Assembly: GCA_965649765.1 (NCBI GenBank)
Contig: OZ287748.1
Location: forward strand, 36,084,001-36,148,000
Reading direction: 5' to 3'
Length of the DNA stretch: 64,000 nt
DNA from: Bispira polyomma
Taxonomy: Eukaryota
The first letter of the stretch is position 1, and the number at the start of each line of letters is the position of its first letter. The translations under genes and the position numbers were made by a program. The notes under the pieces were generated by a model. The model saw nothing but the letters and a program-made list of their open reading frames with translations, made no database searches and was not told the origin of the DNA. Below are positions 13,905 through 26,897 of the stretch, piece by piece.

Positions 13905-14157
13905 TTCTATTTATTTTTTTAATTCGGATAATTAACGTTCACTCTAGTACCTGTTTAAGTTATATTGGGATGGGTAGTCGGAAATGCTGGATGAAAAACT
14001 ACATACAGTTGATCAAGGTTCTGCACTGAAACCAGCAGCCCACAGTAAGGAACTACCACTTTACCCACGGGAGTCGAACCCACACCAGCCGATCCCAGAG
14101 GTGAGAGACCAGTGATTGTGAACGCAATGCTTGCTAACCACTAGGCCACCATGGCCC
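13905..14157 (-). mobile_element. tRNA-derived SINE, same family as 14210-14466, opposite orientation
   Basis: Reverse complement matches 14210-14466 along the head, body (gtttcagtgcagaaccttga) and tail (ggtactagagtg.acgttaa). Confidence 0.88.
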
Positions 14158-14209
14158 TATCAAGGTTAGGAACACTAAGAAATAATTTGTTAGGATTACC
14201 ACAACAGGT

Positions 14210-14466
14210 GGGGCCGCCGTGGCCTAGTGGTTAGCAAACATTGCGCTTCACAATCACTGGTCTCTCACCTCTAGGCGGCGTGAGTTTGAATCCTGTCGAT
14301 GCCTATGAGGGAAAGGTGGTTGTTCCTTACTGTGGGCCGCTGGTTTCAGTGCAGAACCTTGACCGACTGTATGCGGTGTTTCCTCCAGCGTTTCCAACTA
14401 CCCATCCCAATATTACCTACTAAAAGGTACTAGAGTGGACGTTAAATATCCAAAATTCAAATTCAA
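14210..14466 (+). mobile_element. tRNA-derived SINE, full length, with 12-bp target-site duplication
   Basis: A box tggcctagtgg, B box gtttgaatcc; TSD accacaacaggt at 14198-14209 and 14467-14478. Confidence 0.9.
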
Positions 14467-14999
14467 ACCACAACAGGTATTGACTAGTTGAGAGTATATA
14501 AGCAGTGAGATATGGGCTGAGGTATTTTGGGAGACTTGTATTGAGAGAATGTAGGCAGTAGACCAATGTGGCAGTTATCAACATACATCAAAATCTAGCA
14601 TGAAGCCAGTGTAAATCTTTTAGAATATGAGATATGTGGAAATACTTTGAGGTATGAGTGATGATATGAGCTAGAGTATTCTGTATTAGCTAACAACACA
14701 GCTGTATCCTGCGACAAATAGCATTTCAATTGTCTTAAGCCGAGACAACCAGTATGTCTTTAAAATAGCACTGAAGGAGTGATGTTGGTCTACTTTACTT
14801 CTAATAAAAAAGCTATTATTTCTGTTTGACAATATAAGAAAAATTAGATAGTATACATTAATTTAATTATCTATAAGGTTTTTCAAATCAAATAGTATAA
14901 ATAACTAACAAATACATATCAACTGAAGAAACCATTTCTGGTACATAACTAAAGTATCATTTAAACTCGATGAAACTATAACAATAGTTGAGCCATCCA

Positions 15000-15290
15000 T
15001 ATTTTATTGTATTTTGTATTTTTAACGTGCCTTTTTGATGTGAGGCATCTTCTAAAGTCCGACACAGAATACATTCACCAATCACGAAGTCGGAAAACAG
15101 AACGAGGTCATAAGAAATGATGTTGGGGTTTATGATGGGAGTGTACAGGGTTGGGAGGCTGGGAGCAAATGAAGGGTTTTACAAATTTGAAGAGATAGGT
15201 TGCAAGTTTTTCCCTAAACACATTCGTCTGCTGGTTCCAACTGAGCTTTGACCACAAACAGGATTGTTCTTTTAAATATTAATTGGGATG
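15000..15290 (-). mobile_element. 3' end of an L2-group LINE
   Basis: FREKLATYLF-like end; tail aggcatcttctaaag shared with the 23160 LINE. Confidence 0.6.
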
Positions 15291-16914
15291 GGCCCCCATG
15301 GGATGCCTGGATATCGCTGTTTGTGGTGCTATAGAAGTAGAAAAATAAGATATATGGAGCATGCATTCAATGGAGGTTAAAGTATGATGTGCTCTTTCTG
15401 GTCTATTTAAAAAAAATCTATCTGTTTAAACTATTATCCACATGTTCAGTAATGCTCCCATAAATTTTTATTTACTTTTAATTGATGGGGACCTTTAGAA
15501 TATATAAATATTTTGTAGTATGCACAATATTGATTAAAGTATTAAATACAATAAATATATCAGTCTTCTTCAGTTGTAAAATAAATAAAATTCTTTGATT
15601 ATGTATATCATACTGTATAGCTTATGATAGCTCATAATTAATAATGATTTGTTTGACAATATTAAGAAAATCTCATATTTAACTAAATATAGATGCATTA
15701 AGTGTAAAGATCTATTTTTACAAGAATATAACATAATTTAACTAATAATGATGCTCCTCACTCCGATGTTACAAAACCTAACAGGTCAGTTTCTTTGGAT
15801 AACATTAATCATGTTCATTTATTTGAGGTCCAGGACTGTTGGTGAACAGTAAATCTGCACACAAAACTATTTTCTATCCAAAAGTTACAATTTACTCATC
15901 AAAAGACAATCACTTAACATTACACTTGTAAGCTTAGAGAAAACCTGTTTTGTTTTTGTTGACTATCAAAGCACATCAGATAGTCATGTATTATGAAAGA
16001 TAAATGGCTTTAATAATGAATTAATAAAAAATCATCATGCATGCATTGGTTGGAAAACTCCACAACATGAGTAATTCTGCAAAATAATTATACACAGGGG
16101 GATTTTGACAGTATGCCAAAGAAAAACTACCTCAGTGATGTAATACTTTATTTTGAGCATGCATAAAATAATGTTATTACATTTAAACATGCACTTATTT
16201 CCGTTAAAAACTTTAAATATTCAATGTTCTTTTTGTTTCTAAGAACTGATTTTCTAGGAACTGAAATTTTTGATACATGTGAATGACAGAAACTTGTTAC
16301 ATATCAGATAATATAAAATCAACCCAGAGTATTACATTAAGAAAGTGCTTATTAAAATCAACATGTATTGGTTTCAAACTAAATATTTATTGGCATCCTT
16401 TAAGTTTTTGTGTCTTGTGCGTTTGTATACCTTCTTTGCCTATGTATTATTAAAGGGCATGTGGAAACAATTTCTGTGATTATAATATTGACAAAATACT
16501 CTAATAATCTACCTGTATAATAGTAACACAAATATCGCACATGTAGTGTATATATAGTATATATAAATGCTTTATTATAGTTGTTCTAAAAATAGACATT
16601 GCTAAATTGTTGGCATACTGTATTCAAAGTTGTAATAAAATTATACTGTTTTTCATTTTTTTTTTATCATATTCCTGCTCTTTAAGCTACAGATATACAT
16701 TTGCAGACTGTTATCAAATAAATCACTCTGAAATTCAAGCGAATGTCACAAGAGGACCTGTGACTGACTCAGTAGATTCACTTAAGACAAGGGTCGAATA
16801 AGATTATTAACATGCCCACACAAAATTTAGAGCAGTTTCCAAAACTCTTGCATATGTTCTTGAATATATATTTTTAATTGATTCAAAGGGTGCCTACTAA
16901 AACTCAGACGTGTC

Positions 16915-18807
16915 CGAGAGTCCAAGTGGCAGTGGCGTAAATGTGGCGTAGTGTATTTTAAATAGGCTAAGCCACTAGTAGCGCAGAATGACCAAGTAAG
17001 TGGCGTAAAAGTGGCATAGTATAAAATCATACATATAGTTACGATTATGAACATTTATAGTCCAAAAATTTATATATACATCCAATACATATTCATATAT
17101 TCATATATAGTTATATAAATATGTTTACACAAAATTCAATAACAGTCTTTATAAAAGTGAACATATAGTTACAAGTATACAATATGATTATTTTATGTGT
17201 ACAGTTAGAAATTAATATATATATATATATGTTACAGTAAAGATGCAACATCATTCACTGATTTGGTCAGTAAATATGCATACTTCCTAAAAAATGTGTA
17301 TTTACTGGTTTTTAGGTGTAGTAAGTACACATATTTACTGAATTGTCTTATTTTTCTTCAAGTGATTATAAAATATAGCCACATTTAAGTCTTTTTTATC
17401 CATAATGATGTATCAAATGGATTTACTCATATTAGTGACATTTTCTTGTACATTTCTATCCTTGTCCAACTTACGCCACTTCTGGCCCCTCCCCATTTCC
17501 CACTCCACAAACAATAAAAGGTGGTGGCAATCCTTGTCCATCCTACGCTACCTCTGCCCCCCCCCCCCCCCCCAACAATAAAAAGGTGGTGGTGTAAGTT
17601 ATATCTTGTCCAACGTACGCCACTTCTGAAAACGGGGCGAGGGCGTTTATGTTAATAGATTTGTAGTTCTCTTTATTAGGTACTACTAAAAAGTATACAC
17701 ACATAAAGGAGTATATATTGATATATTGATATTGATTTGATTTCTGTGACTAATCATATTGATATATTATAGGAGGTTACATGTGCCATTGTTAGGTATA
17801 ATAACTGATTATAGCAAACAACTGAGTGAATATTACACAAAACACCTTATAACTTATTGTCAAAAATACATGAATGATATTTATAATTATGTTTTAAATA
17901 ACACTAAATTATGCAGGACCCTAATGTGCTCGACAGTGTTTACCCAACAAAATTAGTTTTGTATTCATAAATGCACCCATATGTATGTATGCATTAGATA
18001 AATTAAGGTCATATTACTTATAGGTTGATTATGTATTCTTACAGAATACTCACTTTTGTAGATATTTGGTTGCTATAATTTCACTTAATCTACCCCATTG
18101 CTGTTGGCCATTATAATTGATTCTTTCATTTATATATTACCCTAAATTATGCAGCACTTGTGCACCAACAACAGGAACACTAGATGTCACAAAACAATAT
18201 TTTTAAACTCCAATGGTTTTATTATCTTTAAATCTGTAAATTATATTATATTCATAATTATATATAGCTTATGTAATGCGGCTTTCTATCCCATATCTCT
18301 TAGATGGCTATGTTAACATTGGTAATAAGTCATACACCACTTCCCACTTCCCAATTCGCCTCCACTAGTAATGAAGGTGGTGGTGTTAGTTGGAATTTTA
18401 TTTTAATTGGATCAATTGTTTAGTACATCTGTGGGGAGGCGGTATTGGGGGCATGTGATGGTGTTAGTTGGACTTTTATTAATTTAATGTCACTCAAAGA
18501 CAAACATATTAAAACATTTGCAACATTTTATGTGTAAATTATTTAAAGAATTGAAGATATAGAATGTTCAATAAATTGTAAATTTTACCATTTCTGCAAA
18601 ATTATAGTTGTATACCTACTTTGTATACATTCATTGGACTAGAATATTTTATTTAAACTGACTTATAACCCGCTGAGTGTTACAATTACTAAAACATGTG
18701 AAACTTTTGTATATCTATCAATGTATAACACAATGTCAGTATAATAAAAAAAATATCTATCTCTCTATCTGTCTATTTATATATTAGGTAAGCAAAAATA
18801 ATATCAC

Positions 18808-18844
<37 letters not shown>

Positions 18845-18990
18845 ATATATATATGCGTCAAAAATCTGTTACCCACTAGAACATGAAATTTATGCCACCT
18901 AAGTAAATCCCTCCCCCCCCCCCCCCCCCCACCCCCCTCCATTTACGCCACTCTACGCCACATTTGTCCAAGTAAGTCCAAGTTGGAAAG
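16915..18990. mobile_element. Probable ~2-kb foldback non-autonomous DNA element with repeated TACGCCAC motifs
   Basis: gtggcgtaaatgtggcgtag near the left end vs atttacgccactctacgccacattt near the right end; internal tacgccactt copies at 17470-17630. Confidence 0.5.
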
Positions 18991-19512
18991 TGCTGTCCAA
19001 TGTTTAGAAGGCACCGATTCAAAGTAAATATTTTTCAGATTTTTTTTTTGAAAAACCACTTGAATATTATTCAAAATAAAAAAGAGCCTGAACTTTTGTA
19101 TAATGCACTGTCCACATTTTTCAATAAAATTAAACTCTACTATATTTTAAATGACTATCTCATGAACAAAATAGCCAATAAACAAGTAAGCATTTGTAGT
19201 TAAAGACAAATAATGAAAAAGTTGATTTTAACGTAAGTTTGTAACAACCTAAATATACATATTAGTTTGAGTATCTTCGGATAATATATAAAATTTCAGA
19301 ACCAAAAACATTGCTAGCAAATAAAACCAAACTAAATGATAGAATTCGTTCAACTTTTTATTATTTGCACTATGATTAAAATATTAGCAGATCAATAATT
19401 CTAAAGTGGTCTTATAGATATCTTAGTGATATAACCTTTCTAATTTTTTTGTGTATTTTTGTAATTAGTTTAACAGGAGTTTAAAATAATTAATTCGAAA
19501 TTTGTCAGAAAA

Positions 19513-19558
19513 ATGTCTTCTCGAACGGTTGTTGTTCCAGGAAAAAGACCGAGAAAAG
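19513..19558 (+). CDS. EMC6: EMC6 coding exon 1 (MSSRTVVVPGKRPRK, phase-1 donor)
   Basis: ATG at 19513, open to AG|gtattt donor at 19559; the leftover G joins exon 2 (G|GT = Gly) in frame; lies in a CpG-richer stretch. Confidence 0.7.
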
Positions 19559-20576
19559 GTATTTGTACAGTTGATTTTACTTGTGTACACTTTAATTGTA
19601 GTTTTACATATTTGTCTTTTCTGTAATTTTTGTCATAGCGGCCAAACCATCTACTTTGATATCCAGTTGAACAGACACATGCAGCCATAAAGACCCCCAT
19701 GTGTCATCCGATTTCGAGACATCTCGCCCCGTATTCAAAATCGCCCCTTAATTTTCAGGACAGTTCGCCCCGTGAAATAAATCGCCCCATATATTTAATT
19801 ATAGATGGCAACTAATATATTAATCCACCACAAAACCAGCAAGAATATATAGTCGTATGATGTTATATAGACATATTTCTCACGGGTGTCTTTACCGGTA
19901 TCCCGGTATCAAGCCAAAAATACTTGCCAACTGAAAGTAAATATTGCTACCGATGTTTCGATGCAATGTACAAAAAATGGCATTAAAACCTCAAATTTTT
20001 AAACAGATACCATATATCGTTGGATATTGTTGATTCGAGGGTCTTGTAAATTCGATGTTTGCCGTTTTTCTTCAACAACCAAATGGGTTTTATATCCCTT
20101 ACATTACAAAATAATATTTTAGCATCTCTAGATTAAAATACAGCTTCAATTTTCGCCAAGAACGATCTTTTTCGATGTAAAATAAGCCCACAAAGAAATG
20201 GTTAAAACTCGCGAATCTACAAGACTCAAGGCTATTCAGAAAATATAACCTGTCATGCTACATTTTGGCAGATTTATTCATTTTCTTTGCGATTTCATTA
20301 GGCATGTTCGACTGGTAGGAAAAATACTTATCTTATTTAATCTGATTGAAAAATAAGTACCAAAGTTATACACATGTCTTGAAGATTAACTTTCTAAATA
20401 AATCATGTGACTGCCTTACAAATATTAGGTTTGATAGGTCTTAGTAGAGAGCAGTCTGAAGTATTACCTTCCATATAAGGAAATTTAGTTGTCTTCGGCC
20501 TTTGACTCCTCCACCACCATGTGTTACGTTTTATATAATGATAAAACTTTAATCAAATATTAACTTGTATGTACAT

Positions 20577-20905
20577 TAGGGGTGGGACGGTAGTGCCGGT
20601 ATTCCAGTACCGAAACAAAAATAATTGCTGACCGAAAGTACATATTGCTACCGGTGTATCAATACAATGTGTATAAAATGGCGGAAAAACCCCAAATTAT
20701 ATAAACAGATACAATATATTTAGAAAATATAACCTGTCATGCTACATTTTTACAGATTTATAACTTTTATTTGCGATTTCATTATGTGGAAACGTATTTG
20801 TTTTGTTTGGCGAAACTCACTTCTGGTAATAAGCTGCATTCGATTAGGTTGATACTAGAAACAAAATTTTTTGGGCATACAAAAACTGGTACCGTTCCAG
20901 TCCTA
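20577..20905. mobile_element. hAT-type MITE in EMC6 intron 1
   Basis: TAGG...CCTA termini with an exact 8-bp TSD ATGTACAT (20569-20576, 20906-20913); related fragments at ~19895-20300 and ~21170-21340. Confidence 0.85.
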
Positions 20906-22334
20906 ATGTACATATACTTGCTTAAATGAATCTCTTCTATGGACCTATAATTTACTAATTATCACTTTCCTTAAAGTATTGTTTTGATATATCACTCATC
21001 ATGCACATGGTATATTCCGAGTCCCTTCTCCGTCATTTTTCGTTTTTTGTCAGTTGTAGATATTTAGCTTTCCTGTGCAACTAGTACCATAATTGTTAAG
21101 TTTCTCTGTTATTGCGCAGGTGAGCGGAGTTTACAGATACCTATCTCAAACCCTACCAGTTGAATAGCCTAATTGAGTGGAAACGTGTTTGTTTTGTGTG
21201 GCGAAACTCAACTTCTTGTAACAGGCTGCATTCTTTTGGGGAGATACTAGAAACAATACATTTTCGGTATCCCAGAATCGGAGTGGTTTTGCATCGGCGG
21301 GATACTGACATACAAAAACTTGTACCCTCTTACCCCTAATAAATAATATACAAAACGGCTTTATACGTCCAAATACATATATATGCTTGGAATATTTAGT
21401 GTAAACTAACAAAAAGAGTGAGAGAATTGCGGGGCAAGCTGTTATTTTCAAATTTGGGGTGAGATTAAATACAGGGCTAACTGTCTTGATATCTTTCATC
21501 ACCATACTGCAGTAGACCAAGTTTGTGTGTCACTGAAACAGTGTGTTTGAATGATGAGTGGCTGTTGGCGACAGTTTACTGTATGGGAAATCATTGTAAA
21601 TGTGTAACAACAATAAAAAAGTAAGAAATAAAATCAAGTCAAAACTGCATTAAATTGTAAATAAATATCAATAATGTTATAACAAGCTGTACTTAATATT
21701 TCAAATGAGATATATTGGTGGTTTCTACATATTTATTCTCCATTGTTTGCTTGCGATAACCTATTAGCGCCTATTAAAGGAATAATTAGGATATTTACAA
21801 CGAATGAAGTGTATCTGTAAGTATGCCGTCACACATTTATAACACTTTGGTACAGTAAACCACTCTGTCCCTTGCGATACATACTATCAGTTAAATAAAG
21901 GCATGGCACGATGAGACAGAAACTCATAAGCTGTAGCATACATATTATACTTTACTTAACTTTACCCAAATTTTAGACAATTTTCTGTATTGCCATCACA
22001 CACTTCCAAAAATATTAATATCAACCATGTCAGGTTGTGTACATGTGTTGGAAACTCCAGATAATTTTAACTCAGGACACTTGTGACTAAAATGACTATT
22101 GTTTAGACTAGTCTACATTCCAAAGGTGTCTGAATTAAAACCCGTCCATGTGTTTGTTGTAAAACTGTACAGGACCATTATTATAGTTCCAATACAGAAT
22201 TACTTTGCTAACAAATTTTTCTATAGTACTCCTTCGTTTTAACATTCTTTTATGTCATGTAAAATGTGTATTGAGTTTGTCATTAGTGGATATGAATTCT
22301 CACTGCTGCTATATATGACATATGTATTGTATAG

Positions 22335-22495
22335 GTGGAATACCTGTAAATGAGATGGCAATCCGCGCTAATGGAGCCATCCTGGAGTATTGCCGTACTT
22401 CAGTATCTGCACTATCGGGGGGAACAGCAGGGATCGTTGGTTTAACAGGACTATATGGCTTTGTTTTCTACTTCTTAACATCTCTTATTATGTCG
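22335..22495 (+). CDS. EMC6: EMC6 coding exon 2 ([54 protein letters not shown])
   Basis: Matches the recalled EMC6/TMEM93 core [31 protein letters not shown]; acceptor atag| at 22334, donor |gtaagt at 22496. Confidence 0.95.
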
Positions 22496-23159
22496 GTAAG
22501 TCAAGATTTTTCCTTAAACTCTGTGTAAATATTTCGTGAAATATCATGTAGTAACTCCTATCACATGTATCTGTTTTATTTTTGTACCTTTCTTGGATGT
22601 AGTATAACTGCTATCGTTTATTGAAATAATTAAATTAAACTCTCTTGGGCTTTCTCTTTGCAGCCCTTTCGGTTGCCCTATAAGCTCAGAACAGATAACT
22701 GAATGTTGAAGATATTAATTATTTTTTTCTTCAATTTAAACATTATGTCCCAATGTAGGAAAACTCGGTAAGTGCTTAAATATTGATATACTGGCATCAT
22801 GGTATTAGTAAGAGACTAAAATTTGCTACATTAACAAAAAAAGTCAAGAGTGATTAAAATGGCCTAATTGTAGTAAAACATATGAATTAGGTGATTCATA
22901 TTTACTTAGAATTGTCTAAGAACCTTATAGGTGCTGATTTGTACTATTTTAGATGTGTCTCATATTTTGAATTCGTTATTGTGTATTTTCAATACTTTTG
23001 CTGTTGTGTTTATTACTTGAAAGCCTGTATTTGCCCCATTGACAACCCAACTCTGCAGTATACCTGCCTCACATTAGAAGTTATAATTTTATTTTCTATT
23101 ATGAGTGTACCTTCTACTTGTGTGAGTCGGGTCAATTTTGTTGGTACCAGGTGTAACAT

Positions 23160-25135
23160 TATTATTATTATTATTTATTATTATAGATTTTTAATGCGCT
23201 TTATTGATGCTAGGCATCTTCTAAAGCGCAACAGCAGAATCATTAGTCCAATCATTAAGTCCATGGAAATTGCAGAGTCGTAAGGAAGGAAGTGGGAGCG
23301 TGCACGAGGAAAGCTAAGGTGGGTAGGCAAGATTAAAAAGATAGGTTTTAAGCTTTTTCCTAAAACCGATAAGTGTGTCAACTGATCTGAGGTCAACTGG
23401 GAGACTGTTCCATAACCGTGGAGCTGCGGTGGAGAACGCTCTGAAACCTGCCCTTCTGATTGGTCTAACCGAAGTGACAGAGAGTCTGTTGCCTCTCTTG
23501 CGGTTACTAAAGGAAAGAAGGGAGGCAAGGTAGGGTGGCTGTTGAGTGATTACAGCCTTAAAAGTGGTAACGTGAATTTTAAACAAAATTCGAAATTTAA
23601 TGGGCAACCAGTGTAATTTTTTGAGGTAAGGAGTAACGTCTGTGCGACAACCTAGGCGAAAAATGACCCTACATAGGTAGTTTTGGATGGACTGGAGCTT
23701 TTTAATGTTTGACTTATTTGCTTCGTACAAGAGAGAATTGCAGTAGTCGAGGCGGCTACTTACAAGGGCATTTGCCACAATTATCGCTGTGTCCATGGAC
23801 AAGTGGTTTCTGATTCTTTTGATGTCGCGTATGTGGTAATAGCAGGATCGACAGATGTTGGCAACATGAGTATCAAACGAAAAAGCTGAATCAAAAGTGA
23901 CACCCAGGTTTTTAGCATTTTCGGAAGGTAGTATGTCTTTTCCCAGCAGGGAGATGGGAAACAAAGATTTTAGGAGTTCACTGTTTTTCTTGTTTCCTAT
24001 GAGGATGAATTCTGTTTTGTCAGGGTTAAGCTTTAGTTTGGAGTAGTTCATCCACGCCGGGACATCAGACAGACAGTCTGCAAGTAGGTTTATGTTAGTA
24101 TCTGCGTTTTGTGGATTGAGGGAGAAATAGACTTGAGTGTCGTCTGCATACATGTGGTGTTTTATATTGTGTTTATTGATGACAGTGCTGAGAGGATGTG
24201 TATAAAGGGTGAAAAGTAGAGGACCAAGGACGGATCCCTGGGGTACTCCATATGGAAGTTTTATGGAAGATGATAGGTGATCATCTAGTTTAATTCTTTG
24301 TGCCCTAAGAGTAAGGTAGAATCTGATCCATTTAAGGACACTGCCATTTATGCCGAACCACTGCTTGAGAGTGTCGCAGAGCAGGACATGATCAATAGTG
24401 TCGAATGCAGCTGAGAGATCCAGAAGGGTGAGGGCCACTGTGTCGTTGCGGTCCAGTGCAAGATTGATATCATTGCTGATGGAAAAAAGGGCACTTTCTG
24501 TAGAGTGAAATTTTCTATAAGCAGACTGGTGGCGATTTTCAATGTTTTGTCTATTAAGGTGGTCTGAAATTTGTTTAGCTACAGCTTTCTCGATGACTTT
24601 TGAGACGAAGCTAAGGTTTGACACCGGTCTGTAGTTTTTGAGATGGTTTTTATCAAGCCCTTGTTTTTTAATCAAGGGAGTTACATTTGCCGTCTTGAAA
24701 CAGGTGGGAAAAACACCATCCCAAAGAGAAAAATTTAATATATTTGTTATGGGTGTGACAAGAATGTCAAGACATTGACTCAGAATAACTGCTGGGATGG
24801 GATCTAAGTCACAAGATTTAATAGTAGAGGATTTGATGAGTTTCAGAACTTCAAGCTCTGACAGTGTACTAAAATGAAACAGGTTACAAACCTTATATCC
24901 TGGGGCTGGAGGTTTGAAGTGATGTATCGTTGGGAAGGCGTCACGAATGTTGCTGATTTTTTCTATAAAATTTTTTCCAAATTTTTCTGCTAAAAAAGTA
25001 AGACAGTGGTTTATGGGGAGAACCTTCTCTGATATTCGATGTAGAATTTTGTTTATGGAGGCCCATAACCTTTTGGGATTATCCTGATTTTCGGTGATGA
25101 TGGAGTCGTAGTGTTGCTTTTTGGCATCAGTAATG
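23160..25135 (-). mobile_element. 5'-truncated L2/CR1-group LINE (ORF2 RT and C-terminal domain) in EMC6 intron 2, antisense to the host gene
   Basis: 453-aa ORF 23314-24675 with NYRPVSNL, LDLSAAFDTIDH, GVPQGSVLGPLLF, YADDTQ, KNLGVTFD, LHWLP, LWNSLP and KLKTYLF; upstream KSCDLDPIP in frame, one frameshift near 24830; (TAA)n 3' tail at ~23160-23183. Confidence 0.95.
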
Positions 25136-25353
25136 TCCTAAGTATTCAATGCTGTGACATGCCTGAATAACTGTCAGCAGCTTGTTAGCCCTGCCTTGGG
25201 CTCAAATTTGCAGGTCAAAGTTACCAATATGTCTAATTATAAGTATATTTTGCCAGCTGATAGCATTCAGGTTACTTTTCGAAACATGCTTTTCACGTTA
25301 ATGCATTGTCAATTTTATGCAGTCAATGTCTAATTTGTATATGTCTGTTTCAG

Positions 25354-25446
25354 ATATTACTCTTATTCAGAGTAGGTAAACAGTGGCAGAAGTACTTCAA
25401 ATCACGGCTAGCATTGTTTTCAAATGGCTTGTTGGGTGGACTTTTT
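25354..25446 (+). CDS. EMC6: EMC6 coding exon 3 (ILLLFRVGKQWQKYFKSRLALFSNGLLGGLF)
   Basis: tttcag| acceptor; WxKYFKSRxxLFxxGLxGGLF motif of EMC6; followed by U12-type donor GTATCCTTT. Confidence 0.95.
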
Positions 25447-26364
25447 GTATCCTTTTTACTCTGATATACTTTTATAAGAAGGGGTCCTGTGGCCTAGTGG
25501 TTAGAAGTGCCTGCTTCACGATCACTGGTCTCTTACCAATGACGGTTTGAATCCTGTTTGTTCCCTCATGAAGGAAAGTTTGTCCGGTACCTGTTGTGGT
25601 GGTTTACAATGCTTTAACTCTAGTTTCTTCCACCCTTAAATCTGGCCATCGTGATATGACCTAAGCTGTTGAAAGCGACGTAAAACCCAACTAAAATCAA
25701 AATACCTTAAAAGTTATTTTATTTATTTATATTTTATGTAGAGTCGGAATCAAATGCAGTTCTAAATATCATTTAAAAATTTAAGGAACATAGTGATCAA
25801 TATCGATAAATATCCATGTACCTGCTAAGAGTTGGTGTAGTAAATTTTGAGTCTCATTTGCGGTTTCGTATTTCCTGACTGTAAACAACATTACACTTCC
25901 GGTTTAGCGGTAATTTTAAGATCAATATCACGGTGTGGACCCGTAAACAATCAATATGTCAATATTGATGTATGATGCCTTCTTCAATTCTAAGCTACTT
26001 CTGTTTTGTGGACCTTCTAACTATGTGCACTATATTATGCTCTCCCGGGGCATTTGCACAATCAAAGTTTAATTTTCGGTCTTGCACAGATGTTTATCTG
26101 GAACAATTATTATTATTTCAGAATATATAGTTAAATGTCATTAACTTTAATGATTTACTTTATTTTGCATTAAGCAAATGACTAGACCAGCAAGGATGGT
26201 TTACACAAAGATTCTTAATATCAAATGTTTGTCTGAACCAATTTCATTGCCAGAAAATATTGTTTCTAAGCATATGATTGGCTGAAACTATGAAAATTAT
26301 AAGAATTTGAATATAGTCACAGGTTGAGAATGTTGAAGATTGCTTCCTTAACTAGATCCGTCAG
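25447..26364 (+). other. U12-type (minor spliceosome) GT-AG intron, phase 0, 918 nt
   Basis: 5' splice site GTATCCTTT (25447-25455) fits the RTATCCTTT consensus; branch site TTCCTTAAC at 26344-26352 just upstream of the CAG; no polypyrimidine tract. Confidence 0.93.
25481..25703 (+). mobile_element. tRNA-derived SINE inside the EMC6 U12 intron
   Basis: ggggtcctgtggcctagtggttag head, B box gtttgaatcc, tail gatatgacctaagctgttgaaagcgacgtaaaaccc shared with 32414-32645 and 2541-2735. Confidence 0.88.
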
Positions 26365-26415
26365 ACATACATCTTATTCTGGACTTTTTTGTATGGTATG
26401 GTGCATGTGTACTAA
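26365..26415 (+). CDS. EMC6: EMC6 coding exon 4 (TYILFWTFLYGMVHVY*)
   Basis: Matches the EMC6 C-terminus TYxLFWTFLYGMVHVY; cag| acceptor at 26364, TAA at 26413-26415; spliced CDS is 116 aa. Confidence 0.95.
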   Translation, partial: TYILFWTFLYGMVHVY

Positions 26416-26608
26416 GGTGTATGTTCAATGTCTTGTATTATCAGATATAAATATGTCATTTTGTGACATATAGTTAACCTCTCTACATACCAGCTAATTA
26501 TTGTTAAGAGATGTAAATAATCTGTCTCTCTAGACAAATAATTCTGTCTATCATGAGTGTTACACATCAAAATTGATCAGAACCAACAGTTATGTATACT
26601 GTGTAGTA

Positions 26609-26784
26609 GAGTTAAACTCCTTTAAGTCGAACCTCAAGGGCCCAAGATAAATACCTCCACTTAAGCAGGAGTATCACTTCAAAGAGTTGATTTTTTAAAA
26701 AAAGGCCTGTGCAGGATTGACAAATTTTCTCAATATAAAAGAGAAAACGACTTAACAGAATTCTATTTAAAAAGGTTTGACTGT
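26609..26784. mobile_element. Tc1/mariner(Tigger)-type MITE downstream of the EMC6 stop
   Basis: ta|gagttaaactcctttaag ... aaaggtttgactg|ta. Confidence 0.55.
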
Positions 26785-26897
26785 ATATAAAATTTAGATG
26801 GTGAATTGGTTATTTGCTATGGCGTTTCGATATTTGTTTTCCAGAAAAATGATCAAAATGAGGTTTTTGAATTTACTTAATATTATATTTTTATTGC

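Larger units (their letters stand above)
13720..14720 (-). mobile_element. 3' fragment of an L2-group LINE interrupted by two SINEs
   Basis: Reverse complement is colinear with the L2 copy at 57400-57800 (gtggtaatcctaacaaattatttct, gcatccaagttatggaatgacctacca). Confidence 0.75.

Noticed and set aside
14210-14305. tRNA genes at the SINE heads (also 25481, 32414, 37685)
   Set aside because: A/B boxes are present, but there is no proper acceptor stem and they continue into shared SINE bodies and tails
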